DNA of 64,000 bases from an uncultured delta proteobacterium (GTDB lineage: Bacteria > Myxococcota_A > Polyangia > Haliangiales > Haliangiaceae). The stretch's first letter is position 1; every line of letters starts with the position of its first letter. Of the stretch, positions 19,465 to 30,033 are shown one piece after another. The position numbers and the translations under genes are program-made. The notes under the pieces were generated by a model. The model did no database searches. It was not told the origin of the DNA and saw nothing but the letters and a program-made list of their open reading frames with translations. The stretch covers positions 4,640,001 through 4,704,000 of the forward strand of contig CAWKDB010000010.1 of the NCBI GenBank assembly GCA_963848295.1. The letters are read 5' to 3'.

Positions 19465-19480
19465 CGCAACCGGCGTGCCG
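19465..19480 (-). promoter_or_regulatory. Sigma54 -24/-12 promoter of the EF-hand/HK/RR operon
   Basis: Minus strand CGGCACG-CCGG-TTGCG matches TGGCACG-N4-TTGCW. Confidence 0.7.
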
Positions 19481-19565
19481 CGCCAAACCCGCGATTTCTC
19501 GTCGGCGCTCGCTCCGCGCTCTGCGCTTCTCGCAGGCGGTCGCTGCATGTTCTGCAGAAACCCGC

Positions 19566-19596
19566 TTGACCCTCACGCGGCGTGAGGCCGTAGCGT
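19566..19596 (+). promoter_or_regulatory. MerR-type promoter/operator
   Basis: TTGACC (-35), 19-bp spacer and TAGCGT (-10); the perfect inverted repeat CCTCACGC-G-GCGTGAGG (19571-19587) lies essentially within the spacer. Confidence 0.85.
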
Positions 19597-19603
19597 CCCG
19601 GTC

Positions 19604-20347
19604 ATGGCGTTCACTGTAGGCGATCTCGCGAAGCTGACCGGCGTGACGGTCCGTGCACTGCACCACTACGACGAGCTCGGCCTCGTCGTGCCGTCGCAGC
19701 GCAGCGCAGCCGGTTATCGCCTGTACGGCGACGCCGATATCTTGCGGTTACAGCAGGTCTTTCTGTTCCGCGAGCTCGGCTTGCCGCTCGACGAGATCGC
19801 CGCAGTGCTCGACGATCCCGACTACGACCCGATCGATGCGTTGCGCCGTCACCGCGAGGTGCTGGTCGCAAAGCGCGCGCGGCTCGACGCGATGCTCGTC
19901 GCACTCGACGCCGCGATCTCCACTCCGAACCAAGGCAAGACGATGAGACCCGACGACATCAAGAATCTGTTCGATGGCTTCGACCCCGACGACTACGCCG
20001 AACAAGCGCAGCAGCGCTGGGGCGAGACCGACTCGTTCCAGGAGTCGGCGCGGCGGACCAAGCGCTACGGCAAACCTGAATGGGAGCAGATCAAGCGCAA
20101 GGCCGACGCGATCTACACGCGACTCGCGGCGCTGATGGCCGCCGGCGCGGCGCCCGACGATCCGGCGGTCGCGGCGCAGGTCGAGGCGCACCGCCTGCAC
20201 ATCGATCGCTGGTTCTACCCGTGCTCGACTGCGATCCACGCCAAGCTCGGCGAGATGTACGTCGCCGATCCGAGATTCACCGCGAACCTCGATCGCCACC
20301 GCGCCGGCCTCGCGCAGTTCATGCGCGATGCGTTCGTCGCGGGGTGA
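19604..20347 (+). CDS. tipA: MerR-family regulator with TipAS antibiotic-recognition domain
   Basis: FTVGDLAKLTGVTVRALHHYD..GYRLY N-terminus, C-terminal YAEQAQQRWG..HIDRWFYPC..LGEMYVADPRF. Confidence 0.88.
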   Translation: MAFTVGDLAKLTGVTVRALHHYDELGLVVPSQRSAAGYRLYGDADILRLQQVFLFRELGLPLDEIAAVLDDPDYDPIDALRRHREVLVAKRARLDAMLVALDAAISTPNQGKTMRPDDIKNLFDGFDPDDYAEQAQQRWGETDSFQESARRTKRYGKPEWEQIKRKADAIYTRLAALMAAGAAPDDPAVAAQVEAHRLHIDRWFYPCSTAIHAKLGEMYVADPRFTANLDRHRAGLAQFMRDAFVAG

Positions 20348-20612
20348 GCGCGCGGGCCCATGGAATCAGCGTGCGGATGCGGCGCGCTCGCCCGAGCCGG
20401 GCGGCGAGCGCGCCGATCGCGACGTGGCAAGCGCTCGCGATCCCGATGAAGACGGCGAACACCGCGAACGGGTTCACCGTCGCCCCCCGGTGCCAGGTGT
20501 TGTCGCCCGGTAGCGCGATCAGGAGCCCGATCGCCCCACCGACACCGAGTGCGATCGCCGCCAGGATGTGCAGCGCTCGCCAGCCCAGGTTGCGCACGTC
20601 GAGGTCTTCCAT
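20319..20612 (-). CDS. Small membrane protein
   Basis: Two hydrophobic helices; fills the gap between convergent and divergent genes. Confidence 0.5.
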   Translation of the reverse strand: MEDLDVRNLGWRALHILAAIALGVGGAIGLLIALPGDNTWHRGATVNPFAVFAVFIGIASACHVAIGALAARLGRARRIRTLIPWARALTPRRTHRA

Positions 20613-20665
20613 CGGTTCGATGACACGAGGCAGCTCGGCGAGTTGCGCGCTATGATGCTCGCGGA

Positions 20666-23600
20666 ATGGCCGACGGCACCGACGACCAGCTGGCGCGCAC
20701 CGCGACCGTGCCCGGCCGGGCCGCGTCGGTGGGCGATGGCACGCTGCCGTCGGCGGGCGAGGCGCTCGGTCGCTATCGGCTCGAACGCGAGCTCGGCGCC
20801 GGGGGCATGGGCGTCGTGTTCGCGGCGTTCGATTCGAAGCTCGAGCGCCGCGTCGCGCTCAAGGTCCTGCGCGGCGGAGGCGCCGGGAGCGATGCAAACC
20901 GCCGCTTGCTCAACGAAGCGCGCGCGATGGCGCGGCTGACCCACAGCAACGTCGTCACCGTGCACGAGGCCGACTCGGTCGGCGGTCGCGACTACGTGGC
21001 GATGGAGCTGATCGACGGCGGGACGCTCGCGGAATGGATGCGGACCGCGCCGCGGACGCCCGAGGCGATCGTCGCGGCGTTCGTCGCCGCCGGTCGCGGG
21101 CTCGCCGCCGCGCACGGCGCGGGCCTCGTCCACCGCGACTTCAAGCCGCACAACGTGCTGCGCCGCAGCGACGGGCGGATCGCGGTGACCGACTTCGGGC
21201 TCGCGCGCGAGGCGGGAGCCGATCCGATGGCGGTGACCGTCGACCTCGGGAGGGCGACCAGCGAGGGCGGCAACACCCCGAGCGCGCTGTCCGGGCTGAC
21301 CGTGACCGGCTCGTTGCTCGGCACGCCGGCGTACATGGCGCCGGAGCAGTGGAGCGGCGGCAAGATCGGCCCGGCCGCGGATCAGTTCGCGTTCTGCGTC
21401 GCGTTGTGGGAGGCGCTCGCCGGCGAGCGGCCGTATCGCGGCGACTCGTTCGAGGCGTTGAAAGACGCGATCGGGCGAGGACCGGCCGCGCTCGACGGCT
21501 CGAAGTTGCCAAAGGCGTTGCGCGCACCACTCGCCCGCGGGCTCGATCCCGATCCGGCGAAGCGGTGGCCGACGATGACCGCGCTGCTCGACGCGCTCGA
21601 CCGCACGATCGCGCCGCCAAAGCCGCGGCGGCTCGCGCTGCGCTGGAGGCTCGCGCTCATCGCGGTGGCCTTGCTGATCTCGTTTGGGATGGATCATTTT
21701 TGGAACCACGAGCCGGTGGTAGCCGCGTGCCGCGCACCGGCGCACGATCCGGCGACGATCTGGCCGCAGCCGCTCGAGGGCCACGCCATGCTCGGCAAGG
21801 TGCTCGGCCACGATCTCGCGGCGTGGAAGTCCTGGCGCGCCGAGGCGTGCAAGGCCGAGCCGGAGAAGCGCGACGCGATGCTGACGTGTCTCGATGGCGT
21901 GCTGTCGCGGCTCGATCTCGTGCGACGCGCGGCGGCGCTGGCCGGCGGCGCGGGTGATGCAAATCTCGACGATCTCGCGATCGGCTGGCTCGTCGAGCCG
22001 AGCGTCTGCGGTGCGATCTCGCCTCCGCCGCGGCTGGCACTCGAGCCGACTCCCGCGATCGTCGGCGCGCTCGTCGAGCGGTTCAAGCTGGTGCTCGGCG
22101 GCCACGCAGCGACCGGCGACGAGCCGAGCGAGCCGTGCGCGCAGGCGATCACGTTGTGGACCCGATCGATCGACGACCGCGAGCGCGAGCACCGCGACTT
22201 CATCCAGCGCGCATCGGGCGACGCCGATCGCTGCGGCGACGATCGCTTGCGCGCGGACCTCGCGCTCGCCGAAGCCTGGAAGCCCTACCAGCAACCACGC
22301 GGTGGATCCGAAGGCGAGGCTGCGATCGTTCGAGCCGACAGCGTCGCGCAACACGTGCTGCAGAGCGATCTGTCGGCTCAGATCGAAGGGCTGCGCTCTG
22401 TCGCTGCAGAACAACGCGGGCTGCTCGATGCTTCGCTCGCGCTTGCGCGACGATGCGAGCCGACGCTACGAGGAGCGCGGCCGGATCGCGTCGGCGCTCC
22501 AGTCGGTCGAGGGAGCCGATAGCCATCGGCTCGGGCGCGCGACCGCCGCCGATCTCGAGACCGTCACGAAAGACATCGCGACTTGGCGGCCCATCGCCAT
22601 CGCCGCCGGACTCGATGCGGCAGTCGCCGAGCTCGATGGCATCGCTGGTGCTCATGACGTTCATCAAGGGTGACGTCGATAGGCGCACAGAAGCAACTCG
22701 AAGCCGCCTGGCGCGCATACCGGCCTCATCACAAGCCGACCCACCGGACGACGATCGAGGTCAGACGGCACGGTCGTCGATAGCGCGGGGCGGCCGGTCG
22801 CCGGCGCGACCGTCGCGGTCGATGAAGTCCTGCAGTCGGTCTCGCCAGCATCATCTTCCCGCAGAACCTCGATAGTTTTCGCTCGGTCGTCACCGACGAG
22901 CACGGGAAGTTCTCGATCCCGGATGCGAGCCAGGACTCGATCGCGGTCGCGCAACATCGGCGATCAGCGCTCGTCGGCGGTGCTCGGTACGACCGCGACG
23001 CGTCTCGTGCTCGAGCCGACCCGCCGGCTAAGCGGACAGGATCGAGCTAGGCGCCGGCGCTCCGGCGAACCTCGTGATCACGGTCTCGACCGACAAGCTC
23101 CGAGGTCGCCGGTTATTACAGCGAGGTCGCGCCGGTCTCGCCCGATGGCTCGTTCGAGCTGGACGGCGTGCCGATCGAAGCGATTCGCATCGGCGCGGTC
23201 GGGGAGGGCAACATCGACGTGAGCGTGCAGATGGTGACCGTCCCTGCGGGTCGCGAGCCGGTGAAGGATGTGAAGATCACGGTGAACGGCAGCACGCGCG
23301 GGCTCGTCGTGATCGTTCGCAGCACGCATGTCGACGACATTGCAGCAAGCCGAGGTCATGGTGTTCACCGGGCACCTTCAGGCGAAGGTGTTTGGCGAGC
23401 TGCTCGGCCAGCGCAAGAGCGGGGCGACCTCGGTCGAGTTCGCGACGAGCGTGAGCCGGGAAAAAGCGCCCCCCGAGGTGATCGGCGTGCTCGAGCGTGG
23501 GGACCTGCTCGCGCAATTCAAGACCGCACCTCCCGGCGAGGTGACGGTGTGCGCCGTGCCTCTACCGGACGACGTCACGAGTCCGCGCATCAATCACCTG

Positions 23601-23702
23601 TTACAGACCCATCGCATGGATCTCGAGCTCAAGTGCGTGCCCGCCGCCGCCGATGCGAAGGTGGTCGTCGTCGAGACGCCGCCGCAAAAACGTCTCGATT
23701 AG
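20666..23702 (+). CDS. Ser/Thr kinase with TM, helical and carboxypeptidase-regulatory-like domains (several frameshifts after about 22450)
   Basis: LGAGGMG, HRDFKPHN, DFG, GTPAYMAPE. Coding signal continues in shifted frames (YEERGRIASA.., VTDEHGKFSI, FELDGVP, AEVMVFTG..ETPPQKRLD stop at 23702). Confidence 0.75.
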
Positions 23703-23707
23703 AGCTG

Positions 23708-24394
23708 TCAGCGCAGATCGGCGCCGTCGAACACGCGATCGTGCTCGTCGCCCTCGCCGATCCGGATCAGCGCGGAGCCGAGCACGTCGGGCGTCGTCGA
23801 TTTGTATTTCGCGCGCAGCTGCCGGCTGAACACGCCGGCGACCGCGAGCAACCCGTCGCCGATGATCGCGGCACTGCGCTCGCCGATCCGTGACTCGTCG
23901 CGGTCACCCGTGATGATCGCCGGGCGCGCGATCACCCACGGCAAGCCCGAGCCGCGCACCGCGTCTTCCGCTTTGCCGCGCGCTTTCATGTACGCACCGC
24001 GCGCGCTCGCGTCCGCGCCGAGGCCGGACAAGTAGACGAGGCGCGGCACGACCTCGGAGGCGCGCGCCGCGTCGACCGCGATCTTCGTGAGGCCGTAGTC
24101 GACGGTCTCGTAGATGTCGCCGGCGACGCCATCGGACTTCGCCTTGCCGCGCGTCGTGCCGATCAAGATGTAGATCTGCGCCGGCGCGAGCTCGCGCCAT
24201 CGCGCCGCCATCGCGGTCGCGTCCCACGGCGTCGTGTCGAGCTCTGCGCCGAGCTCGGTGAACGTCGCGCGCCAGTCGGCGAGCTTGCTCGAATCCGGGC
24301 GGACATGCGCGTACGGCTTGCCACCGCGCACGCACAGCTGGCGGACGACCTCGCGGCCGACAAAGCCGGTCGCGCCGAGGACGAACGCGGTCAT
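23708..24394 (-). CDS. NAD(P)-binding atypical SDR/epimerase (TIP30/YraR-like)
   Basis: GATGFVG, IGTT, VDY, Y-x-x-x-(R)GKAE, IARP. Confidence 0.85.
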   Translation of the reverse strand: MTAFVLGATGFVGREVVRQLCVRGGKPYAHVRPDSSKLADWRATFTELGAELDTTPWDATAMAARWRELAPAQIYILIGTTRGKAKSDGVAGDIYETVDYGLTKIAVDAARASEVVPRLVYLSGLGADASARGAYMKARGKAEDAVRGSGLPWVIARPAIITGDRDESRIGERSAAIIGDGLLAVAGVFSRQLRAKYKSTTPDVLGSALIRIGEGDEHDRVFDGADLR

Positions 24395-24422
24395 GGTTGC
24401 CTTCGCTCGGCCTCGCGTGTGC

Positions 24423-25367
24423 TCATAGCTTCGCCAGCGCCGCCTGCATGCGGGCGCGCAACGGCTCGACGACCGCCGGATCCTTGATGTTGATCACCGG
24501 CTCGGTGTCGTATTGCTCGTAGAACACGCTGTCTTTCGCATCCGCGGGGACGCCGAGCGCTTCGCGGATCCGCTTGAAGTCCGGGATGAACCCGCGATCG
24601 ATCAGCGGGATCACGGTGCCGGTGATCGTGCCGGTCAGGCCGCAGATCAGCACGATCGCGTTGGCCGGCGTGAACCCGCCGGCCGGCAGCCCGAGGCGGT
24701 GCTCGAACTCCGCGAGCCGCGCGCCGTCGAAGAACGCCTCGACGCGACCGGTATCGCCGCGCCACGCCGGCGCCTCTTTCGGCCGGCTGACCGTGCCCCA
24801 GTAATGCAGCTTGTTGCGCTCGACCATCTGCATCAGCTCGTCGCGATAGCCGAGGTCGGCGGGATACGACGCACCGTGCAGCAGGACGTACTTCGACAGA
24901 TCCGCATTCGGATTCCGCCTCAGCTCGCTGCGCACCATGCTGAGAAACGGCGCCGAGCCGGTACCGGCGGCGACCATGACGCGGAGCCGCGGATCGTCGA
25001 CGCCGACCGTGTCCTTGACGGTGAACACGCCGGCGGCGACCGGGCGCATGTACATCCGATCGCCGGCCTTGAGCTTCCACAACAGGTGCGTGAGAGGGTT
25101 CTCCGACTCCGGCTTGGCCACCCAGCGGATGTAGAACTCGGTCGCGCCATCGTCTTCGGGTGCCGACGCGATCGACATCGAGCGCCGTACCGAGCCGAGC
25201 TCCGGCTTCGCCTCGTTGTTCATCCCGAGCACGCAGTACTGGCCGGGCACGAACCACGGCCGTTCCGCAGGCATCTGATCTGGCTTGACGCGAAACAGCG
25301 TCAGCGCGTCGGTGAGATCGACGCGCTCGCTCAGCGTTGCGTTGTACTCCAGTAGCTTGGGCGCCAT
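24423..25367 (-). CDS. fpr: Ferredoxin--NADP+ reductase-like FAD oxidoreductase
   Basis: FVPGQY, RRSMSIAS, AAGTGSAPFLSM, LLHGASY, LICG. Confidence 0.8.
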   Translation of the reverse strand: MAPKLLEYNATLSERVDLTDALTLFRVKPDQMPAERPWFVPGQYCVLGMNNEAKPELGSVRRSMSIASAPEDDGATEFYIRWVAKPESENPLTHLLWKLKAGDRMYMRPVAAGVFTVKDTVGVDDPRLRVMVAAGTGSAPFLSMVRSELRRNPNADLSKYVLLHGASYPADLGYRDELMQMVERNKLHYWGTVSRPKEAPAWRGDTGRVEAFFDGARLAEFEHRLGLPAGGFTPANAIVLICGLTGTITGTVIPLIDRGFIPDFKRIREALGVPADAKDSVFYEQYDTEPVINIKDPAVVEPLRARMQAALAKL

Positions 25368-25403
25368 CGCGGGGACGCTATCATGGCACCGCGCCGACGG
25401 TCA

Positions 25404-25916
25404 CTACGACTGGCTGGCGAGCCGTGGGGCGTTCTGTAGTGTCTGCCAGGCGTCGGCGCGCGCCTCATCGAGCTGCGTCATCGCGGTCGTGGTGACGTCG
25501 TCGCTCGTCCGCCAATCGTCTGGTTGGGCCGAGCGCAGCTCGTTCAGCTCGTTCGCCATGTCGTCGAGGCGGAGGTCGAGCGTTTGGACCTTCGCGTCCA
25601 CCGCCTCGCGCCCGGCGGTCGTCAGCGGTGCCGCGTCGGCCAAGGTCGAGATCAGCTCGGGTTGAGTCGCGATCACCGAGCGTTGCGCCGACAAGGCATC
25701 GACGCGAGCCGTGCGCCGAAGCTCGAACTGGTCGACCGCCGACACGATGTTGAACGACCTCGCGACCAAGCCGTGCGTGCCATGCGCGTCGTCGAAGTTG
25801 TTCATCGCGTGAATCGCGCGATCCGCGGCCCGATCCGCTTGGCGTTGATTCGCCGGCTTGCAGGCGGCGGTGGAGATCAGCGTGACGCCGAGAATGATGC
25901 TTCCGAGGGTGTGCAT
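25404..25916 (-). CDS. Hypothetical helical lipoprotein
   Basis: STAAC lipobox, AAGGAG RBS, coiled-coil character. Confidence 0.7.
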   Translation of the reverse strand: MHTLGSIILGVTLISTAACKPANQRQADRAADRAIHAMNNFDDAHGTHGLVARSFNIVSAVDQFELRRTARVDALSAQRSVIATQPELISTLADAAPLTTAGREAVDAKVQTLDLRLDDMANELNELRSAQPDDWRTSDDVTTTAMTQLDEARADAWQTLQNAPRLASQS

Positions 25917-25940
25917 GACGAACTCCTTGCCCCACACACG

Positions 25941-25956
25941 AGCATCGCGCGTGCCA
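25941..25956 (-). promoter_or_regulatory. Sigma54 -24/-12 promoter
   Basis: Minus strand TGGCACG-CGCG-ATGCT about 25 nt upstream of the 25916 ATG. Confidence 0.6.
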
Positions 25957-26012
25957 GTGCAAGCGCGGCGATCGCGAAGCCCCACGTGTAGCGCTCGCGC
26001 TCGCGTGTGCGA

Positions 26013-27615
26013 TCAGGCCGGGCTGCGCAGGATCAGCGCCTTGAACTCGTGCGGCACGAGGCCCATCAGTCGATCCTCGATCTTGTCCCAGCGCAGATCG
26101 CCGACGGTGGCGAGGTCGAGCTTGCCCGCGAGCGCGGCCTCGAACAGCTCGGGCGTGTAGCCGATCTTCGGGAGATCGACCCCGGCATCGCTCGCGAGCG
26201 CGCGCAGCGCCCGCCACTGGCTGCGCGTCGTCGCGAGCCCGCGCTGCGTGCGATCGACGTCGAGCAGATCGATCACGAACTCGACGGTTGCTTCGAGCCC
26301 TCTGCCGCGCGCGATCTGTTGGAGGTGGCCGAAGTGCGTCGACAGCTCGGGATGGTCGAGCTGGGTCGACAGCCGCGGCCACTGGGCGGAGTCGCCGAAC
26401 TCGGTGACGATCGCGGTGCCACCCGGTGCGAGCCAGTCGGCGATTCGCTTCGTCAGGTCCCACGCGCCGGTCTGCAAGTAGAACGACTCGGGCGCATCGT
26501 CGATCGCGAGCCCGTACTCCGCGGCGATCGCGGTCGCGGTCTCGCCGCGCTCGAAGTGGCTCGCGGTCAGATCGCCGACCATCTCGTTCGCGATCACGAG
26601 ATCGAAGGTGCCTTCGACGGGCGCGGACAACGCGTCGCCGATCACCCAGGTCGCGGCGCTGCCGACCCGCGCGCGCTGAGCCTCGGCGAGCGCAGGGGCG
26701 AGCTCGAGGATCGTGTAGCTGACCGTGCGACCGGCGGCGCGCAACCGCGCGATCGCGTCGCGCGCGACGTAGCCCAGGCCGCCGCCGATCTCGAGCACGC
26801 GCACGCTGCCCTCCCGGATCGCGCCGCGTGCGGCCAGCGCGTCGACGAGCGCCTCGCCGTAGGTCCGGCCGCGCAGCGCCGGGTGCGGCACGCGCAACAG
26901 ATGCGACAGCGTCGTCTCGAGATGATCGAACTGCGCGTCGGCGTCACCGACCTCGTGGCGGTAATAGTCATCGAGCGCGATCGGCGCCGGCACCGGCGAG
27001 CCCGGGTGCCACGGCCGATAGGGCATCGTCGATGCGAGGTATGCCGGCGCGAGGCCCGGCCGCTTCGCGTAGGTCGAGGCCGGCATCATCGACAGCTTCA
27101 CCGCCTGGACGTCGCTGTGCGTCAGCCGGCGCACGAGCGCCGACGAGCTTGTCGGCCGGGAACTTCAGCCGCAGCTCGTTGAGCCGCTTGTCGCCGTCGA
27201 ACGCGTCCCACATCGCGGTCTCTTCGGCGTCGAGCATGACCTCGGTGACCGGACGATCGCCCCACGCGGTCCACAGCACCAGCCGATCGCCGCGCCGCTG
27301 CCACACGTTCCACTTGCCTTTGATCGCCGCGAACGGCCACACCGCATCGAGCTCGTCTTCATCCGGCTCGTTGAGCACCGAGTGCGCCATCAACACGTCG
27401 ATGAACTGCGCCGGGTCGGCGCCTTCAAATCGGCCGGTGAACCGCTCGATCACGCGCGCGGTCTCGGCGCCATCGGCAAAAGCCTCGATCAGGTCGGCGA
27501 TGTCGGCGCTCATCTCCATCAAGTAGCCGAACAGATCGTGGAACAAGTACACCGCGCCCATGTGGGCGAACCACGAGAGGTGGGTCGAGCGGCGCAGGCG
27601 AGCCGGCGTAGCCAT
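26013..27615 (-). CDS. SAM-dependent methyltransferase (MidA/NDUFAF7-like) with N-terminal PqqD/RRE-like domains; one frameshift near 27135
   Basis: VLEIGGGLG, YTILELAPAL, DLVIANEMVGDL. N-terminal part from ORF 26968..27723 (start MATPARL) joins ORF 26013..27134. Confidence 0.7.
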
Positions 27616-27648
27616 TTCTCCGTTCGTACCACGGTGTATGCTCGCGCC

Positions 27649-28795
27649 GTGGCGTACCTGTTCGAGACCGAGGAGCACGCCGCGATCCGCGCGACGGCGC
27701 GGCCGGTTCGCGCAACAGCACATCGCGCCGCATGGCGCCGAGTGGGAAGAGGCCGAGGAGTTCCCGGTCGAGCTCTATCGCACCGCCGCGCAAGCCGGCG
27801 TGACCGGCATCGGCTATCCCGAGGACGCTGGGCGGGCAGGGCGGCGATCTCGGCCACGTGCTGGTCGCGTGCGAGCGAGCTGATCCTCGCCGGTCGCTCG
27901 GTCGGCACGGTCGTCGGGCTCGGCACGCACGGCATCGCGCTGCCGCCGATCATCCGGTTCGGTACGCCGGAGCAGCAGCGAGCGGTTCGTGGCCCCGTGC
28001 CTGCGCGACGGCAAGATCGCCGCGCTCGCGATCACCGAGCCGGGCGGCGGCAGCGACGTCGCTTCGCTGACGACGCGCGCCGTGCGCGACGGCGATCACT
28101 ACGTCGTCTCCGGCGCGAAGACGTTCATCACATCGGGCACGCGCGCCGACTTCGTGACGACCGCGGTGCGCACCGGCGGCGACGGCCACGGCGGCGTGTC
28201 GCTGCTCGTGATCGAGCGCGGCACGCCGGGCTTCACCGTGTCGAAGAAGCTGAAGAAGACCGGCTGGTGGGCGAGCGACACCGCCGAGCTCCACTTCGAT
28301 GGCTGCCGCGTGCCGGTCGGCAATCGCATCGGCCCCGAGCACGGCGCGTTCCCGATGATCATGATGAACTTCGCGGGCGAGCGACTGGTCCTCGCCGGGC
28401 AGTGCGTCGCGATCGCCGAGCTCGCGTATCGCGAATCGATCGCCTACGTGAGAGAGCGCAAGGCGTTCGGCAAGACGCTCGCCGGGTTTCAGGTCACGCG
28501 CCACAAGCTCGCCGACATGGTGAGCCGCATCGCGGCGGCGCGCGCGCTCGTCGGCGAGGCGGTAACGCGCGTCTTGCGCGGCGAGCAACCGGCCGGGCTC
28601 GCCGCGATGGCGAAGAACGTCGCGACCGATATGTGCAGCTTCGTCTGCGACCAGGCGGTCCAGTTGCACGGCGGCTACGGCTATATGCGCGAGACGCTCG
28701 TCGAGCGGCTCTATCGCGACGCGCGGCTCTATCCGATCGGCGGCGGCACGCGCGAGATCATGAACGAGGTGATCGGCAAGCTCGAAGGGTACTGA
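27649..28795 (+). CDS. Acyl-CoA dehydrogenase (frameshifted in the 5' third)
   Basis: AITEPGGGSD, GAKTFITSG, RKAFGK, QLHGGYGY, YRDAR, IGGGTREIM. N-terminus VAYLFETEEH..WEEAEEFP split across frames. Confidence 0.88.
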
Positions 28796-30030
28796 TGTGG
28801 CGGTCGGTCCCGCGCGCGCTGTATGTCGGCTATGCGATCCCGATTGCACTGGTCGTCGCGTCGATCCTCTCGTGGCTCGTGACCGAGCGTCAGACGTGGT
28901 TGCAGTTGTCGGTCGTTCAGGTTGCCACGTCCGCGACGGCCACACTGATGATCGCGATCGGTGCGTTTCAGGTTGCACGGGCTCATACCGGTTGGCGAGC
29001 GATCGCGGCGCAGGTCGCCGGCGCAGTGGCGTTATTCCAGCTCGTCGTGGGGGCCGCGGGGCTGGTGATCTTCACGTTCCTGAAACCGTTGGGGACCGCG
29101 TTCACGTCCATCGCGGTCGCCGCGATCGGCTACGGCAACTCGGCGGGGGTGATCATCGTCGCCGCGGCGTTGGCTGTGACATCGCGCCGGCTGACCCTCG
29201 GACTCGTGGCTGCAGCGGTCGGGCTTGCGTTCCTTCAGCATCCGCCACCGGCGCTTCAGTCGCTGTTCTACGGGCGAACAAGCTCGGATTGGCTCACGCT
29301 TGCGCTCGTGCTCTCGCCGCTCGCTGGTGCGCTCGTGCAGCTCGGCGCGGTCGGCGATGGGCTGCGTGGCAAGCGCCTCGGTCTGCGCCGGGTTCGGAGC
29401 GCGGTTCGAGGTAGCGGGCTCGCCGGCGTCGCGACCTGGGCGGCTGCGGTAGCCGCTGCGATCGCAGGCGTGGTCATGCAGCTGGTGAGCTGGGACTCGG
29501 GCGCGCTCGTGCTCGGTGTCGCCGGCGCGGTCATCTCGATCGTGCTCGTCGTTGCGGCGAGCGCGGTCGGGCGAGCGCACCACGAGGCGATTTCTAGTCT
29601 GCTTGTCAACATCGCGCTTGCCGGTGCGTGCGCCGCGGTGATCGCCTTGGCCTACTTGCTCGCGCTCTCCGTCGCGGTCGCGGGCAAGCTGCAGTCCGCG
29701 ATCGCGATGCGGGGCGTCAGCGAGTCGAGACCACTCGACGCCATGCCGTTCGCCGCCTTAGGCGGCGGGCTTGCGCTCGCGTGCTTGGGCTTCGCGTTGT
29801 GGCGCTACGCCCGGCATCGGCATGCGACTCGACTAGCGCACTCGCTCGCGAGCCGGCTCGCGGCGTTCGTCGTCGTGCCAGCGGTCGCGTTCGCGGTGGG
29901 CCGCGACGAGCCGGCGATCGTCATCGGGGCGATCGCACTCGCATCGGCGATGCTGGCCGGCGGATTCTTCGCCGCGGCGCGCGAGCTCGAGGGTGACATC
30001 GTCGATTCGACCGCCGCGGTCTTCGCGTAG
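28795..30030 (+). CDS. Multi-pass membrane hypothetical protein
   Basis: ATG overlaps the upstream TGA; about 11-12 hydrophobic segments. Confidence 0.65.
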   Translation: MWRSVPRALYVGYAIPIALVVASILSWLVTERQTWLQLSVVQVATSATATLMIAIGAFQVARAHTGWRAIAAQVAGAVALFQLVVGAAGLVIFTFLKPLGTAFTSIAVAAIGYGNSAGVIIVAAALAVTSRRLTLGLVAAAVGLAFLQHPPPALQSLFYGRTSSDWLTLALVLSPLAGALVQLGAVGDGLRGKRLGLRRVRSAVRGSGLAGVATWAAAVAAAIAGVVMQLVSWDSGALVLGVAGAVISIVLVVAASAVGRAHHEAISSLLVNIALAGACAAVIALAYLLALSVAVAGKLQSAIAMRGVSESRPLDAMPFAALGGGLALACLGFALWRYARHRHATRLAHSLASRLAAFVVVPAVAFAVGRDEPAIVIGAIALASAMLAGGFFAAARELEGDIVDSTAAVFA

Positions 30031-30033
30031 CCG

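Noticed and set aside
27382..30030. 882-aa ORF as a single fusion protein
   Set aside because: It is a chimera of the acyl-CoA dehydrogenase start, out-of-frame sequence and the downstream membrane protein, which has its own ATG at 28795.
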